A DNA stretch of 63,345 nt, counting the filler. It is 5 parts of 5 records of this genome, joined end to end, with 100 filler letters (N's around TTAATTAATTAA, not from the genome) between each part and the next. Parts side by side here need not be neighbours in the genome. Positions count along the whole stretch, not along the records: positions 1 to 31,655 come from SRR22947727_5317; 4 more parts are not named here. One strand, written 5' to 3'. How positions within the stretch are numbered: the stretch's first letter is position 1; the number at the start of each line of letters is the position of its first letter. Position numbers and translations under genes: made by a program. The notes below the pieces were generated by a model. The model saw only the letters and a program-made list of their open reading frames with translations, was not told the DNA's origin and ran no database searches. Below, one piece after another: positions 10,937-22,321 of the stretch.

Positions 10937-11158
10937 TCAGGCCGAGAAAATTAGTGGTGTGATCCGATCAGCCTCAGCCCAGGCACGCGCAAGCGGCCCA
11001 TGCAGCATCAATGTCTGTTTGCGGATCACATCCAGCACCCAAGCTGCCGTGGCAAAGGGGATTGCCAAAACAAAAATGAGGCTGAAGTAAATCATGAATT
11101 CCGAGCTGCGCCGCGTTGTGCTGCGCGCTTTGGGAACGTTTGAAGTAAAGTCCGTCAT
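10937..11158 (-). CDS. pufQ: PufQ, bacteriochlorophyll synthesis regulator
   Basis: 73 aa, one TM 'EFMIYFSLIF', C-terminal 'GPLARAWAEADRITPLIFSA'; lies between bchZ and pufB. Confidence 0.9.
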   Translation of the reverse strand: MTDFTSNVPKARSTTRRSSEFMIYFSLIFVLAIPFATAAWVLDVIRKQTLMLHGPLARAWAEADRITPLIFSA

Positions 11159-11171
11159 CTGTCGGTCCTTT

Positions 11172-12635
11172 CTAAGTTACAGCCGACCCAGAGGGGTCGA
11201 GTGCCAATACAGTTTCGATCACAACCCGCTCAGCGCCTTGCGCAAGCGCCGCTTTTTCGGCGGCATCCCGCAATGTTTTTGCTGCGGAAATACGGGTTAA
11301 AATCGGATGTTGTTCAACGATGCGATCCAGCGCGTTCTGCGCATCGGCATCCCAAGGGAAATCACGGCGTAAGGTGGTGGGGGTGGCCTCGGCGCTGTCC
11401 ATTTCACTGCCCAGAGGCAAAATATGAAACAGCGCATCAAACAACCCGTTGCAGACTTCTTGCAGCAAATAGGTCGCACCGGCATAGCCCATCATCGGCG
11501 TACCCGTAGCGCGCCGAATCGCCGCGCCGGGAAAAGATGCCGGAATAAAGGCTGGGCTGGGCCCATGGCCGCCTTTTAATTCTGCCAAATACATTTTTTC
11601 ATTGATGCTGCCCAAAACAATCAAGGGGCGTTTTTGCGCCATCAGCGCGCGCACCTCGTTATTATTGGTCTTGCTGCCCCGCGAGCGGGCCACGGCAAAG
11701 GCGCAGGGCAATCCTAAATCACCCTCTAAATAATTGCGAATTCCGCGCGCATAGGTTTCATTAGCCACGATTGCGAACTCAGCTGTAGCAAAGAAATCCT
11801 GCGTCACCGAGCGCCATAAATCCCAAACTGGCTTGATCGTGGAATGCTTTTCCTGTTCGATAAACGGCTCGGGATCCAATTCCAAAAGCTCGCCCAATTT
11901 GCGCAGGAACAGCGTGGTGCTTTCTACCCCAATCGGCGCTTGCAAATAGGGCTTCCCAAGCACTTCGCATAAGCCGCGGCCAAATTCGCGATACATACAA
12001 ATATTCACATCCGCATTCACCAAATCGCGCATTTCAGCCACATGCGCGCCAAGCGGCATCACCATATTCACTTCGGCGCCAATACCCTCTGCCAAACGGC
12101 GGATCTCGGCCAAATCACTGGGCATGTTAAACGTGCCATACATCGGGCCCAAAATATTGATCCGCGGCTTGGCGCCATCTTCGCGCTTTTTCTCACGCGG
12201 CATACGGCCTTTGGTCATGCCAAATTCGGTGAAAATCCATGTCATGGCTCGATCTGCCGCTTCCCATTGATCTTCATCAATTGTACGTGGCAAAAACCGC
12301 TGAATATTGGTGCCCATTGGGGTGACACCACCGCCGATCATTTCGGCAATTGACCCTGTCACCACCACTGCGGGCAAAGCTGGATCAAGCGTTCCCCAAG
12401 CGCGCTTCATCGCACCTTCCGTGCCATCGCGGCCCAGTTCTTCTTCGCCCAAACCCGTCACCACGATGGGCAATTCATGCGGCGGCAACGCATCTGTGTA
12501 ATGCAGCACTGAGGTCACGGGCAGATTTTCACAGCCCACGGGCCCATCGATCACGCATTGCAGGCCTTTGACGGCGCAAAATGCATAGATTGCGCCCCAA
12601 TATCCACCCGCTCTGTCATGATCCTGAATCAGCAT
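11172..12635 (-). CDS. bchZ: Chlorophyllide a reductase subunit Z
   Basis: '[11 protein letters not shown]', '[10 protein letters not shown]', C-terminal PCP-red-like segment. Confidence 0.97.
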   Translation of the reverse strand: MLIQDHDRAGGYWGAIYAFCAVKGLQCVIDGPVGCENLPVTSVLHYTDALPPHELPIVVTGLGEEELGRDGTEGAMKRAWGTLDPALPAVVVTGSIAEMIGGGVTPMGTNIQRFLPRTIDEDQWEAADRAMTWIFTEFGMTKGRMPREKKREDGAKPRINILGPMYGTFNMPSDLAEIRRLAEGIGAEVNMVMPLGAHVAEMRDLVNADVNICMYREFGRGLCEVLGKPYLQAPIGVESTTLFLRKLGELLELDPEPFIEQEKHSTIKPVWDLWRSVTQDFFATAEFAIVANETYARGIRNYLEGDLGLPCAFAVARSRGSKTNNNEVRALMAQKRPLIVLGSINEKMYLAELKGGHGPSPAFIPASFPGAAIRRATGTPMMGYAGATYLLQEVCNGLFDALFHILPLGSEMDSAEATPTTLRRDFPWDADAQNALDRIVEQHPILTRISAAKTLRDAAEKAALAQGAERVVIETVLALDPSGSAVT

Positions 12636-14203
12636 CAGATCATCTCCTGCGCTTTGGCGGCGCGCGCCATTTTATCAAGCTTTTTCTGATGTGCGGCGCG
12701 AAAATCGGGGCGCAGATTTGGTGCCCCTTCCCAAACGCCCGCGGTATCCCCCTCGCCAACGCCTTCAAAAAAGTCACGCATCTTATCCATACGCTCTTTT
12801 CCGGCAATCGCCGCGTTCACCACTTCTGCCAGCGATCCAGCCCCGGCAGGGCCCATCAAGGGGCGCGCAGAAATCAAATTGGTGAAGTAAAGCCCCGGAA
12901 TAGCCAGTTCTTTGGCCTTTTGAACCACCGGGGTGGTGCCGATCGCCAAATTGGGCTGGAACGCCTCCATCGCCGCGCAATCATCTTCCAGCGATGCACG
13001 GAATTTTACCTGAACCCCTTTTGCCTCAAGCCAAGCCGCATCTTCGGCCGACCACGGCGTTTTGGGGCAGGCGGTGCCGACATATGGAATTTCAGCGCCG
13101 CTTTCGATCAACAAGCGCGCGACCAGCAATTCGCTGCCCTCATAACCCGATAGGGTAATCCGTCCGGTAATTGGCTTGGCGGCAAGCGCGCCTTTGATCG
13201 CAGGCAGAAAGGCATTTTGGGCCGCGGCCACTTGATCTGCGGCCAGACCAAAAATATCACCAATACCCGCCATCCAAGCCGCTGTGCCGTCATAACCCAC
13301 GGGGGCGCTGCCCAGAATAGGGCGGCCGGCAGCTTCAAATTCGCGTATCGCCGCGGTGTAAAACGGATGGATCGCCGCAACAGCGCCACAATCCAGCGCC
13401 GAATAGAGCTCGCGCCATTCACGGGTGGGCACCACGGGCCCGGCTGCAAGCCCCATCGGAGCCAGCATCGCACCAATCATCACCGGATCAGCGGGGAACA
13501 TTTCTCCGAGCAAACTCACCGTAGGGCGATCCGATTTGCCACCCAGCGGCGCCGCCACAGGCCCCGCTTCAATTTCTTTGCGCGCATAATTCAACATCGC
13601 ACCGGCCAAAACATCTTTCGCCTCGGCATGCGTTGGGATCCCAAAGCCGGGCACATCGATACCCACGATCCGCACGCCATTTATTTCATCGGGCAACAAG
13701 CGCAACGGCACGCCGCTGGCGGTCGGCACGCAAAGATTTGTGACAACGATCGCATCGTAAAGATCGGGGTCGGCCAATTCATGAACCGAATCACGGATAT
13801 CTTCAAACAGCTTGCCCGTGACCAAGGTTTCCGAATTAAACGGCACATAGCCAACCGAACGCCGCGCCCCATAGAAATGGCTAACAAAGGTCAAGCCATA
13901 GACGCAGCAAGCCGAACCAGAGAGCACAGTGGCCACACGGCGCATCCGCAGGCCAACGCGCAAGGAGCCAAAAGCCGGGCACATGGATTGCGGTTTATCA
14001 TGCGGACCTTGCGGATAATCCTTGGCGAATTGCGCGAGCAATTCAGAATTCCCCGACAATTCAGCCGCCTTTTTCATTTCAGATCCAGAATGACATCCAA
14101 GACCATCAGCGGGCATAACAGAGACTTCAGCCGCCTCATCGCGCGGATGACCTTTGATCACTTCAACCTGTGAAGCCGCATCATATTTGACTTCGTCACT
14201 CAT
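12635..14203 (-). CDS. bchY: Chlorophyllide a reductase subunit Y
   Basis: '[14 protein letters not shown]', 'SGSACCVYG', 'NLCVPTASG'. Confidence 0.97.
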   Translation of the reverse strand: MSDEVKYDAASQVEVIKGHPRDEAAEVSVMPADGLGCHSGSEMKKAAELSGNSELLAQFAKDYPQGPHDKPQSMCPAFGSLRVGLRMRRVATVLSGSACCVYGLTFVSHFYGARRSVGYVPFNSETLVTGKLFEDIRDSVHELADPDLYDAIVVTNLCVPTASGVPLRLLPDEINGVRIVGIDVPGFGIPTHAEAKDVLAGAMLNYARKEIEAGPVAAPLGGKSDRPTVSLLGEMFPADPVMIGAMLAPMGLAAGPVVPTREWRELYSALDCGAVAAIHPFYTAAIREFEAAGRPILGSAPVGYDGTAAWMAGIGDIFGLAADQVAAAQNAFLPAIKGALAAKPITGRITLSGYEGSELLVARLLIESGAEIPYVGTACPKTPWSAEDAAWLEAKGVQVKFRASLEDDCAAMEAFQPNLAIGTTPVVQKAKELAIPGLYFTNLISARPLMGPAGAGSLAEVVNAAIAGKERMDKMRDFFEGVGEGDTAGVWEGAPNLRPDFRAAHQKKLDKMARAAKAQEMI

Positions 14204-14206
14204 CCA

Positions 14207-15220
14207 TCAGGCCTCATCATAGACAACTTCAAGCGATTCCGTAGGCTTGGCATTTTTACCACGCATATCGATATCTGTGGCAGGCACCAAAACGTAATCG
14301 CCGCCCGTATCCTTACTGTCGAACAAGTTCAAAAGCCCATCTTGGTCCAACGGGGAAGGGCGTACCGGAGGCGCTATCGAGACCGCATCTGCTAATTCAG
14401 CAAACAAGGCGCCCCACTGACTTTGCGCCGTTCCAACGATTTGGTAATTGGCAGATTTCTTGCGCAAATCATCATCTTGAGGAATCGCCGCAAGGACCGG
14501 GATATCAACTGATTTGGCAAAGGCAGCGGCTTCACCCGTGCCATCATCTTTGTTGATTACCAAACCGGCCACGCCAACATTACCGCCTAGCTTACGGAAA
14601 TATTCCACCGCCGAACAAACATTATTGGCCACATAAAGCGATTGTAGATCGTTGGATCCAACCAGAATAACTTTTTGCGCCATATCCCGCGCGATTGGCA
14701 AACCAAAGCCACCGCAGACCACATCGCCCAGAAAATCAAGCAGAACATAATCGAAATCCCAATCATGAAAGCCCAACTTTTCGAGAAGTTCAAAGCCATG
14801 GATAATCCCGCGCCCGCCGCAACCGCGCCCAACTTCGGGGCCGCCCAACTCCATCGCGAACACCCCGCCGCGCTTGAAACAGACATCCCCAATCTGAACT
14901 TCTTCCCCAGCCAATTTCTTTTTGCTCGATGTTTCAATAATCGTCGGACAGGCTTTGCCCCCAAAAAGCAAGCTGGTTGTGTCTGATTTTGGATCACAGC
15001 CAATCAGCAAAACACGTTTGCCCTGCTCGGCCATCATATGGCTGAGATTGGCTAAGGTGAACGATTTTCCTATGCCACCTTTACCATAGATCGCGATGAT
15101 CTGAGTTTTTGATGTGGGCTCGCCTTGCTCTTCAGCAGCTTGCAGATCAGCCAGATCCTCATGCGCCTCTTCACGTAAGCGGCGGTCGAAATCCTTCAGA
15201 TTTGGTACGTCATCTTTCAC
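14207..15220 (-). CDS. bchX: Chlorophyllide a reductase iron protein subunit X
   Basis: NifH-like 'YGKGGIGKS', 'GRGCGGRG', 'GDVVCGGF'; GTG start at 15220 overlaps the bchC stop. Confidence 0.97.
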   Translation of the reverse strand: MKDDVPNLKDFDRRLREEAHEDLADLQAAEEQGEPTSKTQIIAIYGKGGIGKSFTLANLSHMMAEQGKRVLLIGCDPKSDTTSLLFGGKACPTIIETSSKKKLAGEEVQIGDVCFKRGGVFAMELGGPEVGRGCGGRGIIHGFELLEKLGFHDWDFDYVLLDFLGDVVCGGFGLPIARDMAQKVILVGSNDLQSLYVANNVCSAVEYFRKLGGNVGVAGLVINKDDGTGEAAAFAKSVDIPVLAAIPQDDDLRKKSANYQIVGTAQSQWGALFAELADAVSIAPPVRPSPLDQDGLLNLFDSKDTGGDYVLVPATDIDMRGKNAKPTESLEVVYDEA

Positions 15221-16158
15221 GCGATTTCCTTCCAATCTAGTATCATTTTTAAACAGCCTGGATCATTAAAGGCCGTTGGATAGGCTTTATCGGCGCGCTC
15301 GGCGCCCGCGGCATGGGTGATAAGACCGCCCAAAGACAGCGCGCCGCCCTCCACCAAAGCCCGAGTGGCCAACATATCTTCTTTGGCCCATTCCGCCGCA
15401 ATCCGAAGGCGGGCCTCTTTCATAAAGGCTGGCGGAAAGGCAAAGCTCAGCGGATCCGTGTAAAAGCCAGCCAAAACAATCTCGCCGCCCCTTGCGATCC
15501 GACTGACCAATTCATTCAACAAGCCGCTATTGCCTGATGCATCATAAATCGCCTGATAATCGCGACGCGAATCGTCTTCCGGCGCCAGAACCTGATAACC
15601 CTCGGCGCCAGATTGACGTAACGGATCTATTTCCCAAACCGTCGGGGCGGGGGCGCCAGCTGCGAGCGTGAGGCGGGCCAATAAACGACCCAAAACGCCG
15701 TGGCCAACGATCAAATCTGGAACTTTTTTATCCAAACCCGCCATCGCGTGGCGCGCTGTGGCCGCAAGGGCCAATAGGGCACCTTCAGGCCCAAACCCGG
15801 GATCAATCTTGGTGAGTCGATCTGCCGAAGTAACGACGCGCCGCGCCGACCCTCCAAAAAGCCCAAACGCTTCTTGATAGCAATTGGCCCCTGGAACAAA
15901 GGCATAATCACCGATTTTTAACCCCGATTCGGGGGTGGCCTCAACGATTTCACCCATTGCCTCATAGCCGGGAACCAACGGATACCCCATGCCGGGAAAG
16001 GGCGGCATCTCACCCGACCAAAATAATTTCTCAGTGCCGGTGGAAATGCCAGAATGCGATATTTCTACGACCACATCGCCCGCAACAGGCGCTTTAAGCG
16101 CCAGCGAGTCGAGCCCGATTGAGCGAGGGCCATGCATGATTACCGCAGAGGTTTCCAA
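15217..16158 (-). CDS. bchC: 3-hydroxyethyl bacteriochlorophyllide a dehydrogenase
   Basis: '[30 protein letters not shown]'; start moved to TTG 16158 after AAGGA SD, because the longer ORF runs through the PpsR promoter. Confidence 0.95.
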   Translation of the reverse strand: METSAVIMHGPRSIGLDSLALKAPVAGDVVVEISHSGISTGTEKLFWSGEMPPFPGMGYPLVPGYEAMGEIVEATPESGLKIGDYAFVPGANCYQEAFGLFGGSARRVVTSADRLTKIDPGFGPEGALLALAATARHAMAGLDKKVPDLIVGHGVLGRLLARLTLAAGAPAPTVWEIDPLRQSGAEGYQVLAPEDDSRRDYQAIYDASGNSGLLNELVSRIARGGEIVLAGFYTDPLSFAFPPAFMKEARLRIAAEWAKEDMLATRALVEGGALSLGGLITHAAGAERADKAYPTAFNDPGCLKMILDWKEIA

Positions 16159-16227
16159 ACCGTGTAAGTCCTTTTGTTTCGAGTCAGCATCGTGAGCAGA
16201 AATCATATCCCATAGAATATGCCTTTC

Positions 16228-16271
16228 TGTCACTTTAAACTTACATTGCTTTGTGTCAACTAAAATAGACA
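16228..16271. promoter_or_regulatory. Tandem PpsR/CrtJ boxes at the bchC promoter
   Basis: TGT-N12-ACA at 16228-16245 and 16254-16271, 8 bp apart as in the Rhodobacter bchC promoter. Confidence 0.92.
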
Positions 16272-16283
16272 GTTATTCACAAA

Positions 16284-17423
16284 TCACCGCGACTTGCGTG
16301 CCGTTACTGCAGAGGTGATAAACGGGCGCGGGGCTTTTGGCGCTTTGATATCCACAAACCCTGCTTCCTGACAAAGCGCTGATATTTGCGCGACCGAGCG
16401 CGCTTTGCCGGTATTCATAGCCATGGTGTAAAAGGCAAAATAAACATCACCCGGGCGTGTCGGAGCCGCGCCACCAGCCATCGGCTCTGAAATGATCAAC
16501 TGCCCGCCAACCGGTAAAGCCTCATACGTTTTTTTCAAAAGTGCCTGCACAGTCTCATCGGAATGATCGTACAGAACCCGAATTAAACTGATTACATCTG
16601 CCTCTAAAGGCAAAGGATCACTACGAAAAGAGCCCCCATGAAACGAAATTCGATCGCTTAACCCTTGCTCCGCCAACCGGTTTTGTGCCGCCGGTCCAAC
16701 TTGTGCAAGATCAAAAATATTCAAGTTAAGCGCTGGATATTGGCGCGCCACATGGGCCAAGAACGCCCCCGTACCGCCCCCGATATCAAGCAGCGTTTCT
16801 GCGCCCTTCAACGGCACCATTTTCAACGTATCCGCCGCCACCAACGCCTGCGACTGCTCCATCAAACGCGAATATTCATCCGTTACAGATTGCGGAGCAG
16901 CGCCGGTTGCGCCGAACACATAGGGCCAGAATTGCGCCAGCTTTGTATCAACCTGATCGCGTAACAGCGCGACGGGATCCGCCATATCTTGATAAAAATG
17001 ATCATGGTGCAAGATCATCTGCGCCAAGCCCGGCACCCCCAAAAGCGCCGCGCCGCGCCGCGCCAAACCATAGCGCCCGCGCCGGTGGCGACGCAGCAGC
17101 TTCAGCGCAACGCCTGCTTGCAATAAAATTTCCATACGCGCGATAGGCACGCAAGCTCGATCCGCCAGCGCTTCCAGCGACAACGGGCCATCGAGCAAAT
17201 GCTCTAAGGTTTTCAACTTCACCAACGCATAAAGCGCCTGCGACTGAACAAACCCCATGACCAAATCAAAAAGGGCCTCTCCTTCTTGGCGAGCAACCCG
17301 CCGAAGAATCGGCACCTTACTGATAAATCTTTGAAAATTCGGGCTTGCAAAGATTTTATTGGGCAAGCCCGCAAATACAATTCTACCGCTTGGTTTTGCC
17401 AAAATCGGATCGGCCACTGTCAT
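16284..17423 (-). CDS. crtF: Demethylspheroidene O-methyltransferase
   Basis: 'EGEALFDLVMGFVQSQ', SAM motif 'LLDIGGGTG', 'RVLYDH'. Confidence 0.95.
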   Translation of the reverse strand: MTVADPILAKPSGRIVFAGLPNKIFASPNFQRFISKVPILRRVARQEGEALFDLVMGFVQSQALYALVKLKTLEHLLDGPLSLEALADRACVPIARMEILLQAGVALKLLRRHRRGRYGLARRGAALLGVPGLAQMILHHDHFYQDMADPVALLRDQVDTKLAQFWPYVFGATGAAPQSVTDEYSRLMEQSQALVAADTLKMVPLKGAETLLDIGGGTGAFLAHVARQYPALNLNIFDLAQVGPAAQNRLAEQGLSDRISFHGGSFRSDPLPLEADVISLIRVLYDHSDETVQALLKKTYEALPVGGQLIISEPMAGGAAPTRPGDVYFAFYTMAMNTGKARSVAQISALCQEAGFVDIKAPKAPRPFITSAVTARKSR

Positions 17424-17426
17424 CCG

Positions 17427-18296
17427 TTACACCGAAAAAGTTGACCGTGACGCAGGGATCAAGCGCTCAGCCTGCAGGCTGACCATCTGCGCCAATTGCG
17501 CCTCACCCGGACACGAGGGTATCGACGAAATTGCCCCGCCCAATATATCTTTCAAGCGTTTTGACGCGCCCTCAACACCAAACTCTGCAACCGCGTTCGG
17601 GCGGCCATGCAAATCATCTTGGCCAGCGGGCTTGCCCAATGCCTCGGTGTCGCAAAGCACATCGCGCAAATCATCCGCAACCTGGAAGGCTTCGCCAATC
17701 CGCGCGCCCAGCTCATACCAAGGTTCGGCATCTTGGCCCGCGGCCACTGCGCCCATTTGCGTGGCTGCAACAAATAATGCACCGGTTTTGCTTCGGTGAT
17801 AAGCGGCCAGATCAATCCGGCTTTCGCTTTCCCAACCTTGCCCCGCACAAATGCCATTTGGCATGCCCGTTTGCTTGGCCAAAATTTCCACCAAATTGAT
17901 CGCCCTCAGCGGATCGTAGTGTTTTTGCCGGGCCAAAATTTCAAAGGCCAGCACGATCAAACTATCGCCAGCTAAAACCGCTAAAGGCTCTGAAAACTCT
18001 TTATGAACCGTAGGCTTTCCACGGCGCAAATCCGCATCATCAAAACAGGGCAAATCATCGTGAATCAAACTTGCGCAATGGATCAATTCAAGCCCCGCAG
18101 CCGCGGCATCGCTTATATCGGGGCGATCATCTCCGCAGGCCATGGCCACCGAAAGTAAAATCGTTGGCCTGATTCGGGCCCCCCCTGGGAATAACGCAAA
18201 ATCAAGCGCATGCGCGAGCTTATGCGGGGCTGAGCTTGCCTGACTAAGCTTCACCGCCGCCGTCAGTGCCGCTTCTATACGCGTTTTAGGGCCCAT
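17427..18296 (-). CDS. crtE: Geranylgeranyl diphosphate synthase
   Basis: 'PGGARIRP', 'HDDLPCFDDADLRRG', 'FQVADDLRD'; start moved to ATG 18296. Confidence 0.95.
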   Translation of the reverse strand: MGPKTRIEAALTAAVKLSQASSAPHKLAHALDFALFPGGARIRPTILLSVAMACGDDRPDISDAAAAGLELIHCASLIHDDLPCFDDADLRRGKPTVHKEFSEPLAVLAGDSLIVLAFEILARQKHYDPLRAINLVEILAKQTGMPNGICAGQGWESESRIDLAAYHRSKTGALFVAATQMGAVAAGQDAEPWYELGARIGEAFQVADDLRDVLCDTEALGKPAGQDDLHGRPNAVAEFGVEGASKRLKDILGGAISSIPSCPGEAQLAQMVSLQAERLIPASRSTFSV

Positions 18297-18317
18297 AATG
18301 GTTCCTTTTTGCCATAT

Positions 18318-18359
18318 TGTATCATTTAGTTGACACATTAGTGTAAATCACACTGGACA
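18318..18359. promoter_or_regulatory. Two PpsR boxes in the crtE/crtD divergent promoter
   Basis: TGT-N12-ACA at 18318-18335 and 18342-18359. Confidence 0.9.
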
Positions 18360-18388
18360 GTTTGACATTCAGAGTCAACAATTGGTTT

Positions 18389-19981
18389 ATGAACCTTTCA
18401 GTGATTTCAAAACGAACCAAAGGCGAGGTGATCGTAATAGGTGCCGGTATTGCCGGGCTGGCGGCGTCGCTGCGTTTGGCGCATCAGGGATTTTCAGTCA
18501 CTGTACTTGAACGCCATGCAGGCCCGGGTGGTAAAATGCGCGGTTTATCAAGCGTGGCAGGGCCGATAGATGCTGGCCCTACCGTTTTGACCATGCGGCC
18601 AGTCTTCGAAGATCTGTTTCGCTCTGTCGGAGAGCAAATTGAAGATCATCTGATATTGATTCGGCAAAAAATTCTGGGGCGACATTGGTGGCCAGATGGC
18701 AGTTCACTCGATTTATTTGATGATTATGAAGCCTCTCAAGAGGCCATCTATGAATTTGCAGGGCTGAAAGCTTTTGGCGAATTTCAAGAATTTTTTAAGC
18801 GTACGCAACGGCTCTTTACAGCTTTTGACGCCCCGATGATGCGCGCGGCGCAGCCCAACCAAGCGGAAATTATAAAATCGATGGTGAAAAAGCCGTCTTT
18901 GATAAGCGATATGGCCCCTTGGCACAGCCTGTCAAAAATGCTTGAGAAGCAATTCAGCGATCCGCGCTTGGCGCAATTATTTGGCCGCTATGCCACCTAT
19001 GTTGGCGGATCGCCCTATGCCGCCCCCGGCTTACTGTCTTTAATTTGGCAGGCCGAAGCAAATGGCGTGTGGGCGGTTAAGGGCGGCATGCATAAATTGG
19101 CCAAGAAGCTGGTAGAGCTAAGCGAAAACCGCGGCGCCATTTTTCATTACAACAGTCATGTCAGCCGGATTTTGACAAAGGATGAAAAAGTGATTGGCGT
19201 GACGCTGGAAAACGGCGAAAACATCAGCGCGGATGCGGTTGTGTTCAATGGAGATCCCCGCGCATTGGCCACGGGCGCGATGGGCCCAGACTGCCAGAAA
19301 ATTGCCCCACAAACGCTGAAAGACAAGCGCAGCTTTTCGGCCCGCGTCTGGAGCTTTGCGGCGGAATTAACCGGCCCTGATTTGGTTCATCACAACGTAT
19401 TCTTTGGGCAGAGTTCAAAATCCGAATTTGACGATCTTGCTGAAGGTCAAATGCCCGTTGATCCAACGATCTATATCTGCGCCCAAGATCGCGGCCAAAA
19501 CGCCCCCTATCCCAAAACAGAGCGCTTTGAGATTATCCTAAATGCGGCCCCTGTTTACGGGGCGCAAACGCTGGAGAAGGAATTTGAAACATGTCGAACA
19601 CGGACTTTCGACACGCTGGGCAGGTTCGGTCTGACCTTCTCGCCGCTTCCAAAGGAAGAGGCGCTGACGACACCAGCGGATTTCGCCAGCATGTTCCCAG
19701 CCTCGGACGGCTCGCTTTACGGGCAGAGCCCACATGGTCTGACGGCAGCCTTCCGGCGGCCAACAACGCGAACACAGATTCAAGGTCTGTATCTGGCCGG
19801 GGGCGGAGCCCATCCGGGGGCGGGGGTGCCGATGGCAACCCTCTCCGCGCGGCACGCGGCCGAGGCGATCATCAAAGACCTAACTTCAACATCATCGTCC
19901 CCCCAAATGGATATGCATGGTGGTATATCGACGGAGTCGATCGAACTGCGCAGCGCGCGGTTTCAGTCATCGGATTCATAG
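18389..19981 (+). CDS. crtD: 1-hydroxycarotenoid 3,4-desaturase
   Basis: FAD motif 'VIGAGIAG', 'DAGPTVLTM', 'FGRYATYVGGSP', 'HPGAGVPMA'; start codon uncertain (18389 or 18401). Confidence 0.93.
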   Translation: MNLSVISKRTKGEVIVIGAGIAGLAASLRLAHQGFSVTVLERHAGPGGKMRGLSSVAGPIDAGPTVLTMRPVFEDLFRSVGEQIEDHLILIRQKILGRHWWPDGSSLDLFDDYEASQEAIYEFAGLKAFGEFQEFFKRTQRLFTAFDAPMMRAAQPNQAEIIKSMVKKPSLISDMAPWHSLSKMLEKQFSDPRLAQLFGRYATYVGGSPYAAPGLLSLIWQAEANGVWAVKGGMHKLAKKLVELSENRGAIFHYNSHVSRILTKDEKVIGVTLENGENISADAVVFNGDPRALATGAMGPDCQKIAPQTLKDKRSFSARVWSFAAELTGPDLVHHNVFFGQSSKSEFDDLAEGQMPVDPTIYICAQDRGQNAPYPKTERFEIILNAAPVYGAQTLEKEFETCRTRTFDTLGRFGLTFSPLPKEEALTTPADFASMFPASDGSLYGQSPHGLTAAFRRPTTRTQIQGLYLAGGGAHPGAGVPMATLSARHAAEAIIKDLTSTSSSPQMDMHGGISTESIELRSARFQSSDS

Positions 19982-20808
19982 GCTCGGTTTTTTCGCCTTG
20001 GTATCGCTGGTCGGGTCGTAAAGACCCTGAAAACAACGTCTGCATCAATGTCGCGACCTATGGACCAGGCGGGCGCTTCACGATGACCGACCGGGGACGC
20101 AGCGCTTTGCGGCAAAGCGAAGATCGTTTCGAAGTGGGACCTTCAAGCCTGCGATGGGAAGATGGCAAATTGATCATCGAGATTGATGAAATCAGCGGCC
20201 CACCGATTATTTCACGCGTGCGCGGACGCATCACGCTCACGCCCAGCGCAATCACCGATCAAGAATTGGCGCTTACCAGCGATGGCGCGCATATATGGCG
20301 GCCATTTGCGCCCACTTCGCATATTAAAGTCGACCTGAACGGAGAGGGGTGGCAATGGGATGGCCATGGATATTTCGATGCCAATTTCGGCACGCGCGCC
20401 TTAGAAGAAGATTTTTCATATTGGACGTGGGGCCGATTTCCAACGCAGCAAGGCAGCACCTGCTTTTACGATGCCACCCGCCTAGATGGCAGCGTGTTAG
20501 AGCAAGCGGTCACGTTTAACCGCGAGGGTGCGCTGGTCGACACGCCGATGCCCCCCAAAGCGCGCCTACCCCGCAGCCTTTGGGCGGTTGCCCGCGAAAC
20601 CCGCGCGGATGCAGGATACCAGCCCAAACAAGTCAAAAACATGCTGGATGCTCCATTTTACAGCCGCTCAGCGGTAAAAACCAAGATCAACGGCATGGAA
20701 ACAGTTGGCGTGCATGAGGCTTTGGATTTGGTTCGGTTCCGAAGTCCGCTGATCAAACCTATGTTGGCCGTGCGGGTTCCCCGCCGTGCTAATTGGAAAT
20801 TTGATTAA
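19591..20808 (+). CDS. crtC: Carotenoid 1,2-hydratase (hydroxyneurosporene synthase)
   Basis: 'GYAWWYID', 'FIGSVFSPWY', 'HIWRP', 'GYFDANFG', 'DAPFYSRS'; long overlap with crtD. Confidence 0.92.
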   Translation: MSNTDFRHAGQVRSDLLAASKGRGADDTSGFRQHVPSLGRLALRAEPTWSDGSLPAANNANTDSRSVSGRGRSPSGGGGADGNPLRAARGRGDHQRPNFNIIVPPNGYAWWYIDGVDRTAQRAVSVIGFIGSVFSPWYRWSGRKDPENNVCINVATYGPGGRFTMTDRGRSALRQSEDRFEVGPSSLRWEDGKLIIEIDEISGPPIISRVRGRITLTPSAITDQELALTSDGAHIWRPFAPTSHIKVDLNGEGWQWDGHGYFDANFGTRALEEDFSYWTWGRFPTQQGSTCFYDATRLDGSVLEQAVTFNREGALVDTPMPPKARLPRSLWAVARETRADAGYQPKQVKNMLDAPFYSRSAVKTKINGMETVGVHEALDLVRFRSPLIKPMLAVRVPRRANWKFD

Positions 20809-21274
20809 GACTGATCGGGCGTTGCTCCGGATTCAGGTTTAAAACGCTCGCATTCAACGCTCCGGCCACGCTTGCCCAAGCCAAATAGGGAAGGAACAAC
20901 AGCCCAGAGAGCGTATCAACCTGCCAAAGTGATATCAAACAAGCCGCCACCGAAAGCCAAAGGCCGATCAGCACGAGCAACCCCAAGCGTAAATTCCTAA
21001 GACCAAAGAACACGGGCGTCCACAGCGCATTCAAGGCAATCTGCAAGCTCCAAAATGCCATGGCAAATCCGTTTTCTGGCAAGCCCGCAACGCGTGCGCC
21101 GGCCACAGACATGCATAAATACAAGCTTGTCCATGCCACTGGGAACAACCAATTGGGGGGCGTCCAGCTGGGTTTTTTCAATTGTTGGTACCAGGCACCG
21201 GGGGGAAACAAGCCCCCGGTTGCGCCAGCCGCAAAACACGCAGCCAAAAATATTAGAAACATCATCCAATCCAT
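20789..21274 (-). CDS. tspO: Tryptophan-rich sensory protein TspO
   Basis: 'WYQQLKKPSWTPPNWLFPVAWT', 'NALWTPVFFG', 'PYLAW'. Confidence 0.96.
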   Translation of the reverse strand: MDWMMFLIFLAACFAAGATGGLFPPGAWYQQLKKPSWTPPNWLFPVAWTSLYLCMSVAGARVAGLPENGFAMAFWSLQIALNALWTPVFFGLRNLRLGLLVLIGLWLSVAACLISLWQVDTLSGLLFLPYLAWASVAGALNASVLNLNPEQRPISLNQISN

Positions 21275-21298
21275 CTCTGGGTCTCTCGTGTAAAGGGT

Positions 21299-22321
21299 TT
21301 AACGGATCAAGCTGCTGTTTTTGGCGATATCGCCCTCGCGCAATTGCTGCATTGCCAGAATGATTTTATCGCTCCAATCGCGCTTACCAGACGCCTGCTC
21401 TGCGGCAGCATCGACCAAAAATTGCACTTCTGGTAGGGGTTTGGCGTAAAGCACCGCCGATTGCGGCATCGCAATGCTGACCCCAGTGCTTAAGATTGAA
21501 CGCGCCAACCACCCCAGTTTCTGCAGCTTATTCGTATGCGCGCGCTGCGTGATTGTTTCATAGCCCAGCGCCTGAACTTCACTGCCAATTCCTGCGTAAA
21601 TATAGCGTGCGGCATAAATACCTGTGCGTGATCCCAAGGGTAATTTGCTGATGCCCGCCTCCGAACGGTAATAAAGCCGATTGCTTTCCATCAAAAGGCG
21701 CCGCACCATTTGCCGCACCGCTTTGATGGGACGCGGATTGTCGAAAAACACGTCAACCTCAAGGCCGGCCTCTTGCATCCAATCCAGCGGTAGATAAATC
21801 CGCCGCTCTAACGCATCTTCGCCCACGTCACGGGCGATATTGGTCAGCTGCATGGCAACCCCCAGATCACACGCCCGCGCCAACGCGTTTGGTTCGCGTA
21901 TTTTCATCAAAACGCACATCATTGCGCCAACCGCTGACGCCACGCGGGCCGAATAAGAAATCACATCCGACAGACTGTGATAGCGCTTATCCATTGCATC
22001 CCAAGCCAACCCTTCCAGCAGGGCTTCAGGCAGGGCGCGCGGCATGTTAAAATCTTCTACCATTTGGGCAAAGGCACGGTCCATTGGCGTGTTTCGGGGC
22101 CGCCCCGCATAGGCGGCATCCATCCGCTCTTCCAAGGCCAAAACCGCCGGTGCTTTATCGGCCTGCAAATCCACCTCATCATCAGCAAGGCGGCAAAACG
22201 CATAAAGCGCCAAAGCCGGGTCGCGGACCTTTTTGGGCAAAACTTTAGACGCTGCGTGAAAGGATAACGAGCCATGCCGAATCGCCTCTTCACAATATGC
22301 AAGATCTTTGGGATCAATCAT
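21299..22321 (-). CDS. crtB: Phytoene synthase
   Basis: 'YAFCRLADDEVD', 'QLTNIARDVGEDA'. Confidence 0.96.
   Translation of the reverse strand: MIDPKDLAYCEEAIRHGSLSFHAASKVLPKKVRDPALALYAFCRLADDEVDLQADKAPAVLALEERMDAAYAGRPRNTPMDRAFAQMVEDFNMPRALPEALLEGLAWDAMDKRYHSLSDVISYSARVASAVGAMMCVLMKIREPNALARACDLGVAMQLTNIARDVGEDALERRIYLPLDWMQEAGLEVDVFFDNPRPIKAVRQMVRRLLMESNRLYYRSEAGISKLPLGSRTGIYAARYIYAGIGSEVQALGYETITQRAHTNKLQKLGWLARSILSTGVSIAMPQSAVLYAKPLPEVQFLVDAAAEQASGKRDWSDKIILAMQQLREGDIAKNSSLIR

Noticed and set aside
18362-18378. TTGAC-N7-GTCAA as an FnrL box
   Set aside because: FNR-type sites are TTGAT-N4-ATCAA; the spacing does not fit, and TTGACA may simply be a -35 element
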